Positions 56,519 through 64,000 of a DNA stretch of 64,000 nt are shown here, piece after piece (position 1 is the first letter of the stretch; each line of letters opens with the position of its first letter). The notes below the pieces were generated by a model that saw nothing but the letters and a program-made list of their open reading frames with translations, did not search any database and was not told where the DNA came from. The position numbers and the translations under genes were made by a program. This DNA comes from Candidatus Latescibacterota bacterium (lineage in GTDB: Bacteria > Latescibacterota > UBA2968 > UBA8231): positions 288,001-352,000 of the forward strand of contig CBDCSU010000005.1 of NCBI GenBank assembly GCA_965221775.1. Direction: 5' to 3'.

Positions 56519-56962
56519 TCAGCCTCCCCCCTTCCTCTTCCTGGCTATCAGCTCGACGCCCGAGGCGCCCGCGTTCTGGCAGATCTCGATGAGCTGCAGG
56601 ATATCGCTGTAGGGCCGGTTGCGGGCCCCCTTGATGACGACGGGAAGGTGCTCCTTGCCCCGGTACACCCGGGCCAGCTCCTCCCGCAGCCCTTCGAGGG
56701 GGACTTCGCGCATGTTCAGGTACAGGCTCCCGTCGCTCTTGCAGGAGATGACGACGTGCTCCTGGCCCTGCTCGTTGATCTCGGTCAGGTTCACCGCTTC
56801 CGGTGTGTCGACGCGAATGCCCTCCTGGATGATCGGCATGACCACCATGAACACGATGAGCAGGACCAGCGCCACGTTCACCAGGGGGGTCACGTCGGGC
56901 ATGGGGCTCTTGCGAGGCCTCGCCCGCAATGTCAGGCTGTCGAAAGCCCTCTTCTTGGCCAT
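56519..56962 (-). CDS. exbD: Biopolymer transport protein ExbD/TolR, variant with Asn in place of the TM Asp
   Basis: PDVTPLVNVALVLLIVFMVV, VDTPEA, VVIKG..N.PY. Confidence 0.85.
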   Translation of the reverse strand: MAKKRAFDSLTLRARPRKSPMPDVTPLVNVALVLLIVFMVVMPIIQEGIRVDTPEAVNLTEINEQGQEHVVISCKSDGSLYLNMREVPLEGLREELARVYRGKEHLPVVIKGARNRPYSDILQLIEICQNAGASGVELIARKRKGGG

Positions 56963-56978
56963 CGCCCAGGGCCTCCCT

Positions 56979-57671
56979 TCAGGCCGCCCGACGGGCGCGG
57001 AGCAATCGGCGGACGCAGTGGCCCGAGAGGCGGGAGGCGGCGTTGTGCAGGCCGATGGCCAGGTTGTCCACCCGGTTCATGAAGACGTTGTAGGCCCACA
57101 GGGCCGGCATGGCCACGAAGAGGCCGATGACGGTGGTCACCAGCGCCTCCGAGATGCCGGCGGAGACCGCCGCCAGTCCGCCGCCCCCGCCCGAGGCGAT
57201 CCCCCTGAAGGCCGCGATCAGTCCCGTCACCGTTCCGAAGAGCCCGAGGAACGGTGCCACCCCCACGATCGTGGCCATGCCGGGCAGGCGCACCCGCAGG
57301 TTGGCCACGGCCACGTCCAGTCCGCGGCCCACCTCGACCTCCACGCCTTCCGTCACCAGCTGGTCGGACTCCTCTTCACCCCTGAGCATGACATACTCCT
57401 TCAGGGCGCCCTCCAGCACCGTGGCCAGCGGGTTGTGACCCGCCTCCCCGGCCTGTTGCACCCGGCTGCGCAGCTCGTCGACATCGACACTGCTGTCGAT
57501 GACGGCCTCGAAGTCCGCCGCCAGCGCCTCCGACCTCTCGCGCGCCCAGCGCAGGGCCAGGGCGCGGTCGATCATCACGGCATAGGAGTAGATGGAGAGC
57601 AGGGCCAGCACGATGACCACCGTCTTGCCGGTGAAGGCCATTGCGTTCCAGAGCTCGCTCACAAGTTCCAT
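56979..57671 (-). CDS. exbB: MotA/TolQ/ExbB proton channel family protein
   Basis: ATI...APFLGLFGTV.G...AF, GISEALVTT..GL.VA.PA. Confidence 0.92.
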   Translation of the reverse strand: MELVSELWNAMAFTGKTVVIVLALLSIYSYAVMIDRALALRWARERSEALAADFEAVIDSSVDVDELRSRVQQAGEAGHNPLATVLEGALKEYVMLRGEEESDQLVTEGVEVEVGRGLDVAVANLRVRLPGMATIVGVAPFLGLFGTVTGLIAAFRGIASGGGGGLAAVSAGISEALVTTVIGLFVAMPALWAYNVFMNRVDNLAIGLHNAASRLSGHCVRRLLRARRAA

Positions 57672-57690
57672 GGGACCAGACCTCCCTTTT

Positions 57691-58545
57691 TCAGGTTCTC
57701 AATCCGGTGAAGAGCAGGTTCCTGACGATGAATCTCTGGGCCAGGAAGAACAGGACCAGCAGCGGCGCCAGGGCCACGGCGCTGGCCGCCATCAGGTAGT
57801 GCACGAAGGCGCCGCCCTCTACCTGCTGGTACATGCGCAGTCCCAGCGAGATGGGATAGCGCTCGTAGTCGGACAGGTAGATGAGGGGCATCATGAACTC
57901 CTGCCAATGCTGGATGAAGCACAAGACGCCCACCGTGAGCATGACGGGCCTGGCCAGGGGGACGAAGAGGTTCGCGTAGATGCGCAGCTCGCTGGCCCCG
58001 TCGATCCTCGCCGCATCGATCAGATCGCCGGGGATTCCCCTGAAGAACTGGCGGAAGAGGAAGACGAAGAAGGCGCTGCCCCCCAGCCAGGCGGGGACGA
58101 TGAGGGGCTTGTAGGTGTTGACCCACCCGAGGTTCTTGTAGATCAGGTAGTGAGGGATCAGCAGGACCTGCCCCGGGAGCATGAGGGTGGCCAGGAGCAA
58201 TGCGAACCACACGTCGCGGCCCCGCCACCGCAGACGGGCGAAGGCGTAGCCCACGAGGGAGCCGGCCAACAGCTGACCGGCGGTGACGGCCAGGGTGATC
58301 ACCAGGGTGTTGGCGATGAAGCGCAGGAAAGGCAGCTTGGAGAGGGCCTGCGGGTAGTTTTCCAGTTGCGGCGGCCAGTGGAGAAATGTGGGGGGAAAGC
58401 GGTAGACCTCGATGAGGGGCTTGAAGGACGCGCCCACGGCCCACACCACGGGGAAGAGGAAGACTACCGACAGGCCGATGGCCACGGCGTACAGGGCGCC
58501 TCGGAGCAGCCCGCGCCGCATGCGGTAGTACCGGCTCGATCTCAT
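57691..58545 (-). CDS. Carbohydrate ABC transporter permease
   Basis: Start MRSSRYY (ATGA overlap). GYAFARL, LIDAARIDGAS EAA loop. Confidence 0.92.
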   Translation of the reverse strand: MRSSRYYRMRRGLLRGALYAVAIGLSVVFLFPVVWAVGASFKPLIEVYRFPPTFLHWPPQLENYPQALSKLPFLRFIANTLVITLAVTAGQLLAGSLVGYAFARLRWRGRDVWFALLLATLMLPGQVLLIPHYLIYKNLGWVNTYKPLIVPAWLGGSAFFVFLFRQFFRGIPGDLIDAARIDGASELRIYANLFVPLARPVMLTVGVLCFIQHWQEFMMPLIYLSDYERYPISLGLRMYQQVEGGAFVHYLMAASAVALAPLLVLFFLAQRFIVRNLLFTGLRT

Positions 58546-59471
58546 CGCCCCTCCCCTTCGTAGTACACCCAGAACCGGCTCGAGCGGAAGACGAGGGCGG
58601 TAAAGGCCATGATGATGACGAAGAGGATCCACGACAGGGCGCTCGCATAGCCGATCTCGAAGTCGCCGAAGGCCTTGTTGTACAGGTACAGCACGTAGAA
58701 CAGGGTCGCCTTGTTGGGCCCCCCCTCGGTCATGAGGAAGGCCTGCGTGAAGACCTGGAAGGAGCCGATGATGCCCATGACGAGGTTGAAGAACAGGGCC
58801 GGCGAGATCTGCGGCACGGTGACGAAGGCGAACTTCCGCCAGCTGCCGGCCCCGTCCAGCTCGGCGGCTTCGTACAGGGACTCCGGGACGTTCTGCAGGG
58901 CCGCGAGGAAGATCAGCATCGAGGCGCCGATGCCCCACAGGCTCATGAGGATGAGGGCGGGCTTGGCCCACAGGTCGCTGAAGATCCACTTGGGAAGGGG
59001 CCACCCGGCCGCTTGCTCCAGGCCCAGGGCCGCGAGCAGGTGCCAGGCCCGCAGGAGGACCGAGTTGAGCAGCCCGTACTCCGGGTTGAAGACCCAGAGC
59101 CACATCATGATCGTCGCCACCCCCCCCACCAGGGCCGGCATGTAGAAGATGGTGCGGAACAGGGCGATGCCGCGCAGGGGCTGGTTCAGGAGGAGGGCCA
59201 GAAGGAGGGCCACGGCCAGACCCATGGGTACGCTGATGAAGCTGTAGAAGGCGGTGTTCCACAGGGCGACGGCCACGTCGGGATCGGCGGCGGCCCGGGC
59301 GTAGTTGCCCAGTCCCACCCAGGCGATCGTCTCCGTGCTGATCCCGTCCCAGCGGATGAAGGCCAGCAGGAAGGAGACGACCATGGGGCCCAGGGCCAGG
59401 CCGAAGAAGCCGATGATCCAGGGCATCGCAAAGAGGTAGCCCGTCATGCTCTCGCGGGTCCGCAGGTTCAT
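58542..59471 (-). CDS. Carbohydrate ABC transporter permease
   Basis: GLGNY, FRTIFYMP, LYEAAELDGAG EAA loop, GYASAL. Confidence 0.93.
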   Translation of the reverse strand: MNLRTRESMTGYLFAMPWIIGFFGLALGPMVVSFLLAFIRWDGISTETIAWVGLGNYARAAADPDVAVALWNTAFYSFISVPMGLAVALLLALLLNQPLRGIALFRTIFYMPALVGGVATIMMWLWVFNPEYGLLNSVLLRAWHLLAALGLEQAAGWPLPKWIFSDLWAKPALILMSLWGIGASMLIFLAALQNVPESLYEAAELDGAGSWRKFAFVTVPQISPALFFNLVMGIIGSFQVFTQAFLMTEGGPNKATLFYVLYLYNKAFGDFEIGYASALSWILFVIIMAFTALVFRSSRFWVYYEGEGR

Positions 59472-60850
59472 TGCGATCCCTTCACCCCGGGCATGATGAA
59501 CCGGTCGGAGAGGTGGACGTTGCGCACAAGGTCCAGAAGGGTCCGGCGCGGAGACTGCCGGTCATCGAGCATCAGGTCGACCTCGCTCGACACCTCCCGG
59601 GACATGAGGACCCAGTTCAGCGTGATCGGCTGGAAGCGAGAGTACCCCAGGGCCTCGATGAAACGCCCGGCGCGGACCTGCGGGTTGGCGTCGATGAAGG
59701 CCGGCCCCGCCGCCTTGAGGGCGGGAATCGAGCGCTGGTAGCGGGCCACGATCCCCTGGGCCTCCAGGCCGAGTACGAAGTGGATGAACCTCCAGGCCTC
59801 GTCCTTCTTCCGCGATCCGCTGAACATGACCAGGGCATCCCACGTCACCCGGGTGGCCCGCCCCCCCGGACCGGACGGCGTGTGGGCCACATCGTAGCGC
59901 ACCCCGGCGGCGTTGAGGGGCGGCATCGCCCACGGGCCGTTCACCTGCATCGCCACCCGGCCCGTCATGAAGGCCACGCTCTCGGTCTCCCCCAGCTCGT
60001 CCCGGTGGGGCGCCACGTGGTAGCGGTGACGCAGGTCCTGCCAGAAGGCGAAGGAGGCCTCGGCCTCGGGGCCCCACAGGCGCCAATGGCGCCGGGTCGG
60101 GTCGAGGTACCTGCCGCCGTGGGCGAAGTGGAAGGGCATCCAGTAGACCCAGGAGGGGACCAGGAAGGCGTAGCGGTCCATGCGGCCGTCGCCGTCGGTG
60201 TCCGCCGTGAGGCGGCGGCAGGTGGCGAGGAACTCGTCCAGGGTCCAGCGGTCCGGCGGCTCCGGCAACCCGGCCTCGCGGAAGGCGTCGCGGTTGTAGA
60301 GGATCAGGCAGTTGCCGCCGAAGACGGGAATCCCGTGGGTCCGGCCATCGACCTGGAAGTGGGCCACCGAGGTCTCGAAGAAGTCGCTCTCCAGGTCCAG
60401 CCCCAGACCCGGTTGCCGGCAGTACGCGTCGAGGGCCTCGAACTTGCCGCTGGAGACGAAGCGCGGGAACGGCTCGTCCTGGAACATCATGACGTCCGGC
60501 GCCTCGTCGGCGAGCAGGAGCTGCTGGATCTTCTCGCTGTAGCGGTCGGTGATGTACTCCCGCTTGACGCTGATCTCCGGGTGGCGCCGCCGGAAGGCCT
60601 CGATGATCTCCCCCCACATCTGGTGCTCGCGGTAGGAGCCCCAGTAGGCGAAGCGCAGGGCCGACTCCTTCTCGGCGTAGTAGAAGGCGTAGGTGTCGCT
60701 GAACATCCAGAAGCAGGCGCCTGCGCAGAACAGCCCGAAGGACCCCCAGCCCATGGGGCGGGAGACGCCCAGGGCCCCGGCCCGTCCCGCCAGGCAGGCC
60801 GCACCCCCGGCCACCGCGGCCAGCATCCACAGGACCCATTCGCTCATCAT
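59468..60850 (-). CDS. Sugar ABC transporter substrate-binding protein with N-terminal membrane hairpin
   Basis: Two hydrophobic N-terminal segments. APDV, LYNRDAFREAGL..P...WT.DEF, FMTGRVAM...GPW. Confidence 0.88.
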   Translation of the reverse strand: MMSEWVLWMLAAVAGGAACLAGRAGALGVSRPMGWGSFGLFCAGACFWMFSDTYAFYYAEKESALRFAYWGSYREHQMWGEIIEAFRRRHPEISVKREYITDRYSEKIQQLLLADEAPDVMMFQDEPFPRFVSSGKFEALDAYCRQPGLGLDLESDFFETSVAHFQVDGRTHGIPVFGGNCLILYNRDAFREAGLPEPPDRWTLDEFLATCRRLTADTDGDGRMDRYAFLVPSWVYWMPFHFAHGGRYLDPTRRHWRLWGPEAEASFAFWQDLRHRYHVAPHRDELGETESVAFMTGRVAMQVNGPWAMPPLNAAGVRYDVAHTPSGPGGRATRVTWDALVMFSGSRKKDEAWRFIHFVLGLEAQGIVARYQRSIPALKAAGPAFIDANPQVRAGRFIEALGYSRFQPITLNWVLMSREVSSEVDLMLDDRQSPRRTLLDLVRNVHLSDRFIMPGVKGSQ

Positions 60851-60857
60851 GGACAGC

Positions 60858-63854
60858 TCACGCCCGTCCGCCTAGGCTTGGCGCATGCACCACGTCGTCA
60901 TCTACCGCGAGCCCGGCCGCTACGCGGGCTGGCCCGCCAACTACGGCATCTGGTCTTGGGGCGACGAGATCGTCGTCGGCTTCACCCTCGGCTACCACGA
61001 CATGGGCGGCGGCTTTCACGCCCGGGACCGCTCGCGGCCCTTCGCCGGCATGCAGGCGCGCAGCCTCGACGGCGGCGTCACCTGGACAACGGAGCCGACC
61101 CCCTGCCGGACGCCCGGAGGCCGGGGCCTGTCCGCCGACGAGCACATGACCCCGGGCCTGCGCGTCGGCGAGGCCCTCCGCGACCGGGACGTGCTGGCCG
61201 AGCCTCCCGGCGGCATCGACTTCTCCCATCCCGACTTCGCTCTCATGTGCGCCAAGACGGGGCTGGATGCGGGCACCGTCTCCTTCTTCTACACCTCCGA
61301 GGACCGCTGCGCCTCGTGGCAAGGCCCCTTCCGGCTCCCCATGTACAGCCCCACCGGCGTGGAAGCGCGCACGGACTACATGGTCGACGGTCCCTCCACC
61401 TGCACCCTCTTCCTCACGGCCACCAAGGCCAACGGCCGGGAGGGGCGCGTACTCTGCGCCCGCACCAGCGACGGCGGGCGCACCTTTCCTCTGCGCGGGT
61501 GGATCGGACCCGAGCCCGAGGGCTTCAGCATCATGCCCGCCGGCCTGCGCACCTCGCCGTCCCGCCTGCTGGCGGCCGTGCGCTGCCGCGGCCCCGAGGA
61601 GGCCGGCCCCGCCGGCAACTGGATCGACCTCTACGCTTCCGAAGACGACGGAGTCACCTGGGCGCTGATGAACCGCCCCGTGGAGAGCACCGGAATCGGG
61701 GGCAACCCCCCCACCCTCGACCGGCTGCACGACGGCCGCCTCTGCCTGGTCTACGGGTACCGGGACGCGCCCCATCAGATGCACGCCAGGTTGAGCGAAG
61801 ACGACGGGACCACGTGGGGCGAACCGATCGTGCTGCGCGACCACGCCGGGTGCCACGACATCGGCTACCCCCGTACCGTGCAGCGGCCGGACGGCACCGT
61901 GGTGACGGTCTACTACTTCTGCGACCGGCCCGACGGCGAGCGCTACCTCGCCGCGACGCTCTGGCGCCCCTAGAGAACCGCGGCCCCCCACGGGCCCCTG
62001 CCGGTGCACCGCCTGCCGGGGGCTTCTCAACAGCTCCCTCAACTGCCCCTCGATCCCTGTCATGAAGGACGGATCGAGCTCCGGCTCCGGGACGACGAAG
62101 GGCAGGCGCCCGAGGCACTCCTCCAGGCGCGCCTGCTCCACCGGCGTCAGGCCGCGGCCGGAGCGGCGTATGGCCTGAGCCCACCGGACCGCCGCCCACA
62201 GGTCCCCCACCGCCGTGAAGGGGGCCTGGCGCCGGGATGCGGCGTAGTACGCCTGGGCCCGGGACATGTCCTCTGCGGCGAAGAGCCGGTCCGCCACCTT
62301 CAGGACCAGCGGAACGTCCACCGCATGCCGGGCGCCCTCGACGACGCCCTGCTGCTCGGCCCGGGTCAGCTGCCGCCACTGCTGGCCGGCCAGGCGCCGG
62401 AAGCGGATGGCGCTGTGGGCGTTGTAGCGGTCCAGGGGAGGGCTGGCCAGCAGCTCCGCCATGTTGTGGTCCACCTGCCACCGCAGCACCGCAAGGTCGC
62501 CCAGAGTCCTCCGGTACTGGTCGTCCTCCTGGAGTCGTCGACCGTCCACGGGGGGAACAACGGCAGCCGGGACCTCGGCCATGGCGGCCACGATGGTGCG
62601 AGCCATCAGGATCTGACCGGCGATGGAGGGATGCACGTGGTCGACCATCAGCCCCCAGCCCACGCCCTCCGGGGGCGCCGCCTCCTCGAAAGCCCTGTCC
62701 ATGTCGGCCAGCACCGCGCCGCTCTCCGCGGCAGCCGCGCGGATGGCCCGGTTGTGGCTGTCGGGGGCGCGCCACGGCATGGTGTCCAGCTCACGCGCGC
62801 GGGCAAAGGCCGAGCGCGCCTCATCGGCGCGGTCGAGCAGCACCAGGGCCCGCCCCTTCAGGTACTGCAGCCAGGCGCTGCCGCCGGCCAGGGCTTCGGC
62901 GCCCTCGAGCCGGGCCAGCGCCCCGGCGGCCGCCTCGGGGCCGGCGGCATCCTGGAGCAGCGCCTCGGCGGCCAACACCAGCCCTGTCTGCCAGGTGGAT
63001 TGCTGCCTGGCCGGCAGGCCCGGGTCTGCGGAGCCAGCGGGCGCGAAGCCGGCGTCGTTGGAAGCGACGGTGCACAGGATGACGGGGACCTGCGCGCGCC
63101 GACAGGCCTCGGTCATGCGGGAGAGATTGGCGGCGAGACAGGCCGGGGCCGACTGCCGGCGCCGGTCCTCCAGGGGCACCGAACCTCGCTCGCCCATCAC
63201 CTGGATCAGGTCGGCGCCGGTGACCTTCGTTCCGAGCACGCGTCCGAGCACAGCGTTCAGCATCCAGGGAACGTGCCCATCCATCAGCGTGTGGCGGAGG
63301 CGGTTGCTCACGGGACTCCAGCGGCTGACGGCGCCGTCGATGCCGTAGTACTCGTTGTGCCCCGAGTAGACCACGACGAGATCGGGCTCCAACCGCATGG
63401 CGTCCTCCAGCACCTGGGCCACCGCGAAGCTGGCCAGGGCGGGGATGCCCAGGTTGAAGACCTGCACCTCCCGTCCGGGCCAGGCATCGGCGAGCATGGC
63501 TTCCAGAAAGGCGGGAGCCGACAGGGAGCGGGGATGGGGAAAGCCCCTTACGGTGGAGGCGCCGACAAAGGCGATCCGGAAGGGGTCCGGGGACGCGGGT
63601 TCGAGGAAGGGGTGGGCATCCATGCGCCCGCTGGCCATGAGCCGGCCCTGGTGGCGGGCGAGGAAGTACCGCTTCGGATACGACGGGTTGACGCTGCGCA
63701 ACCGCTGCCTCCCGTGCTCGGACAGGGTCACCAGGAACGGCGGTGGCCCGCCGGCGTCCACGAGCCGCAGACCCGCCTCCGCCGCCGCCAGGACGCCGAA
63801 GCCCAGGGCGAGGGCCGCCAGCCGAAACATCCACGCCCGCCTCCGCTCGGCCAT
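60858..63854 (-). CDS. SGNH/GDSL hydrolase-family membrane-anchored protein with TPR insert; protein-like sequence ends near 62020
   Basis: Start MAERRRAWMFRLAALALG..AEAGLR. FVGAST, FNLG, YSGHNEYYG, DHVHP. The first in-frame stop is only at 60858, antisense across the sialidase gene, so the 3' end is uncertain. Confidence 0.7.
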   Translation of the reverse strand: MAERRRAWMFRLAALALGFGVLAAAEAGLRLVDAGGPPPFLVTLSEHGRQRLRSVNPSYPKRYFLARHQGRLMASGRMDAHPFLEPASPDPFRIAFVGASTVRGFPHPRSLSAPAFLEAMLADAWPGREVQVFNLGIPALASFAVAQVLEDAMRLEPDLVVVYSGHNEYYGIDGAVSRWSPVSNRLRHTLMDGHVPWMLNAVLGRVLGTKVTGADLIQVMGERGSVPLEDRRRQSAPACLAANLSRMTEACRRAQVPVILCTVASNDAGFAPAGSADPGLPARQQSTWQTGLVLAAEALLQDAAGPEAAAGALARLEGAEALAGGSAWLQYLKGRALVLLDRADEARSAFARARELDTMPWRAPDSHNRAIRAAAAESGAVLADMDRAFEEAAPPEGVGWGLMVDHVHPSIAGQILMARTIVAAMAEVPAAVVPPVDGRRLQEDDQYRRTLGDLAVLRWQVDHNMAELLASPPLDRYNAHSAIRFRRLAGQQWRQLTRAEQQGVVEGARHAVDVPLVLKVADRLFAAEDMSRAQAYYAASRRQAPFTAVGDLWAAVRWAQAIRRSGRGLTPVEQARLEECLGRLPFVVPEPELDPSFMTGIEGQLRELLRSPRQAVHRQGPVGGRGSLGAPERRGEVALAVGPVAEVVDRHHGAVRPLHGTGVADVVAPGVVAQHDRFAPRGPVVFAQPGVHLMGRVPVPVDQAEAAVVQPVEGGGVAPDSGALHGAVHQRPGDSVVFGSVEVDPVAGGAGLLGAAAAHGRQQAGRRGAQAGGHDAEALGLGSDPPAQRKGAPAVAGAGAEYAPLPAVGLGGREEEGAGGGTVDHVVRARFHAGGAVHGEPEGALPRGAAVLGGVEEGDGARIQPRLGAHESEVGMGEVDAAGRLGQHVPVAEGLADAQARGHVLVGGQAPASGRPAGGRLRCPGDAAVEAARLHAGEGPRAVPGVKAAAHVVVAEGEADDDLVAPRPDAVVGGPARVAAGLAVDDDVVHAPSLGGRA
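60885..61973 (+). CDS. Sialidase-fold (BNR/Asp-box) protein
   Basis: Asp-boxes SLDGGVTW, SEDRCASW, TSDGGRTF, SEDDGVTW, SEDDGTTW and DIGYP. No signal peptide. Confidence 0.88.
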   Translation: MHHVVIYREPGRYAGWPANYGIWSWGDEIVVGFTLGYHDMGGGFHARDRSRPFAGMQARSLDGGVTWTTEPTPCRTPGGRGLSADEHMTPGLRVGEALRDRDVLAEPPGGIDFSHPDFALMCAKTGLDAGTVSFFYTSEDRCASWQGPFRLPMYSPTGVEARTDYMVDGPSTCTLFLTATKANGREGRVLCARTSDGGRTFPLRGWIGPEPEGFSIMPAGLRTSPSRLLAAVRCRGPEEAGPAGNWIDLYASEDDGVTWALMNRPVESTGIGGNPPTLDRLHDGRLCLVYGYRDAPHQMHARLSEDDGTTWGEPIVLRDHAGCHDIGYPRTVQRPDGTVVTVYYFCDRPDGERYLAATLWRP

Positions 63855-64000
63855 GACAGCGTCAGGGACTGCTTCGGAGAAGGCGGGCCCCGATGGAGGC
63901 GGCACGGGCCTGGGGCCACGCATGGAAACGGTTGGCGGAGCGCAGACGCTGGGCCCCGTTGTGGTGGAAGTACCCGCCGCGATAGACGCGTTGTTCACCG

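Overview
High-GC (by eye roughly 70%+), densely coding bacterial DNA. I found no rRNA, tRNA, CRISPR array or transposase/integrase. The gene content (PorV/PorP-like barrel, FlgD-Ig/CTD-tailed secreted proteins, C-terminal TWGx(I/V)K motif, CRTAC1/ASPIC-UnbV protein, many TPR/LRR/PD40 repeat proteins) suggests a non-Bacteroidota FCB-related diderm such as Ca. Latescibacterota; this is an inference, not a database result. The left third (1-23.1 kb) is the most interesting part. It holds a ~16 kb translationally coupled minus-strand operon of three mosaic LRR+PD40 lipoproteins, three paralogous discoidin-like proteins with a T9SS type-B-like/FlgD C-terminal domain, and two paralogous ~870-910 aa uncharacterised putative outer-membrane proteins. 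Nearby are a PorV/PorP-like barrel, TPR proteins and a CBM9-like protein with a TWGRIK tail. Together these form a candidate undescribed T9SS-like surface display or secretion system. The rest of the window contains a GH42-like enzyme, a carbamoyltransferase-SxtJ-DUF5989 triad, two GT-C membrane glycosyltransferases, a LarA-family ORF fused in frame to a FlgT-like lipoprotein, galU, an HldE-like kinase, a DapA-family aldolase, EamA, Gfo/Idh/MocA, an MscS-CBS-MgtE cluster, yihY-tamA-tamB, exbBDD, a sugar ABC transporter, a BNR sialidase-fold protein and an SGNH-TPR protein. Several start codons were re-called from the ORF track using signal peptides, RBSs and stop/start overlaps.
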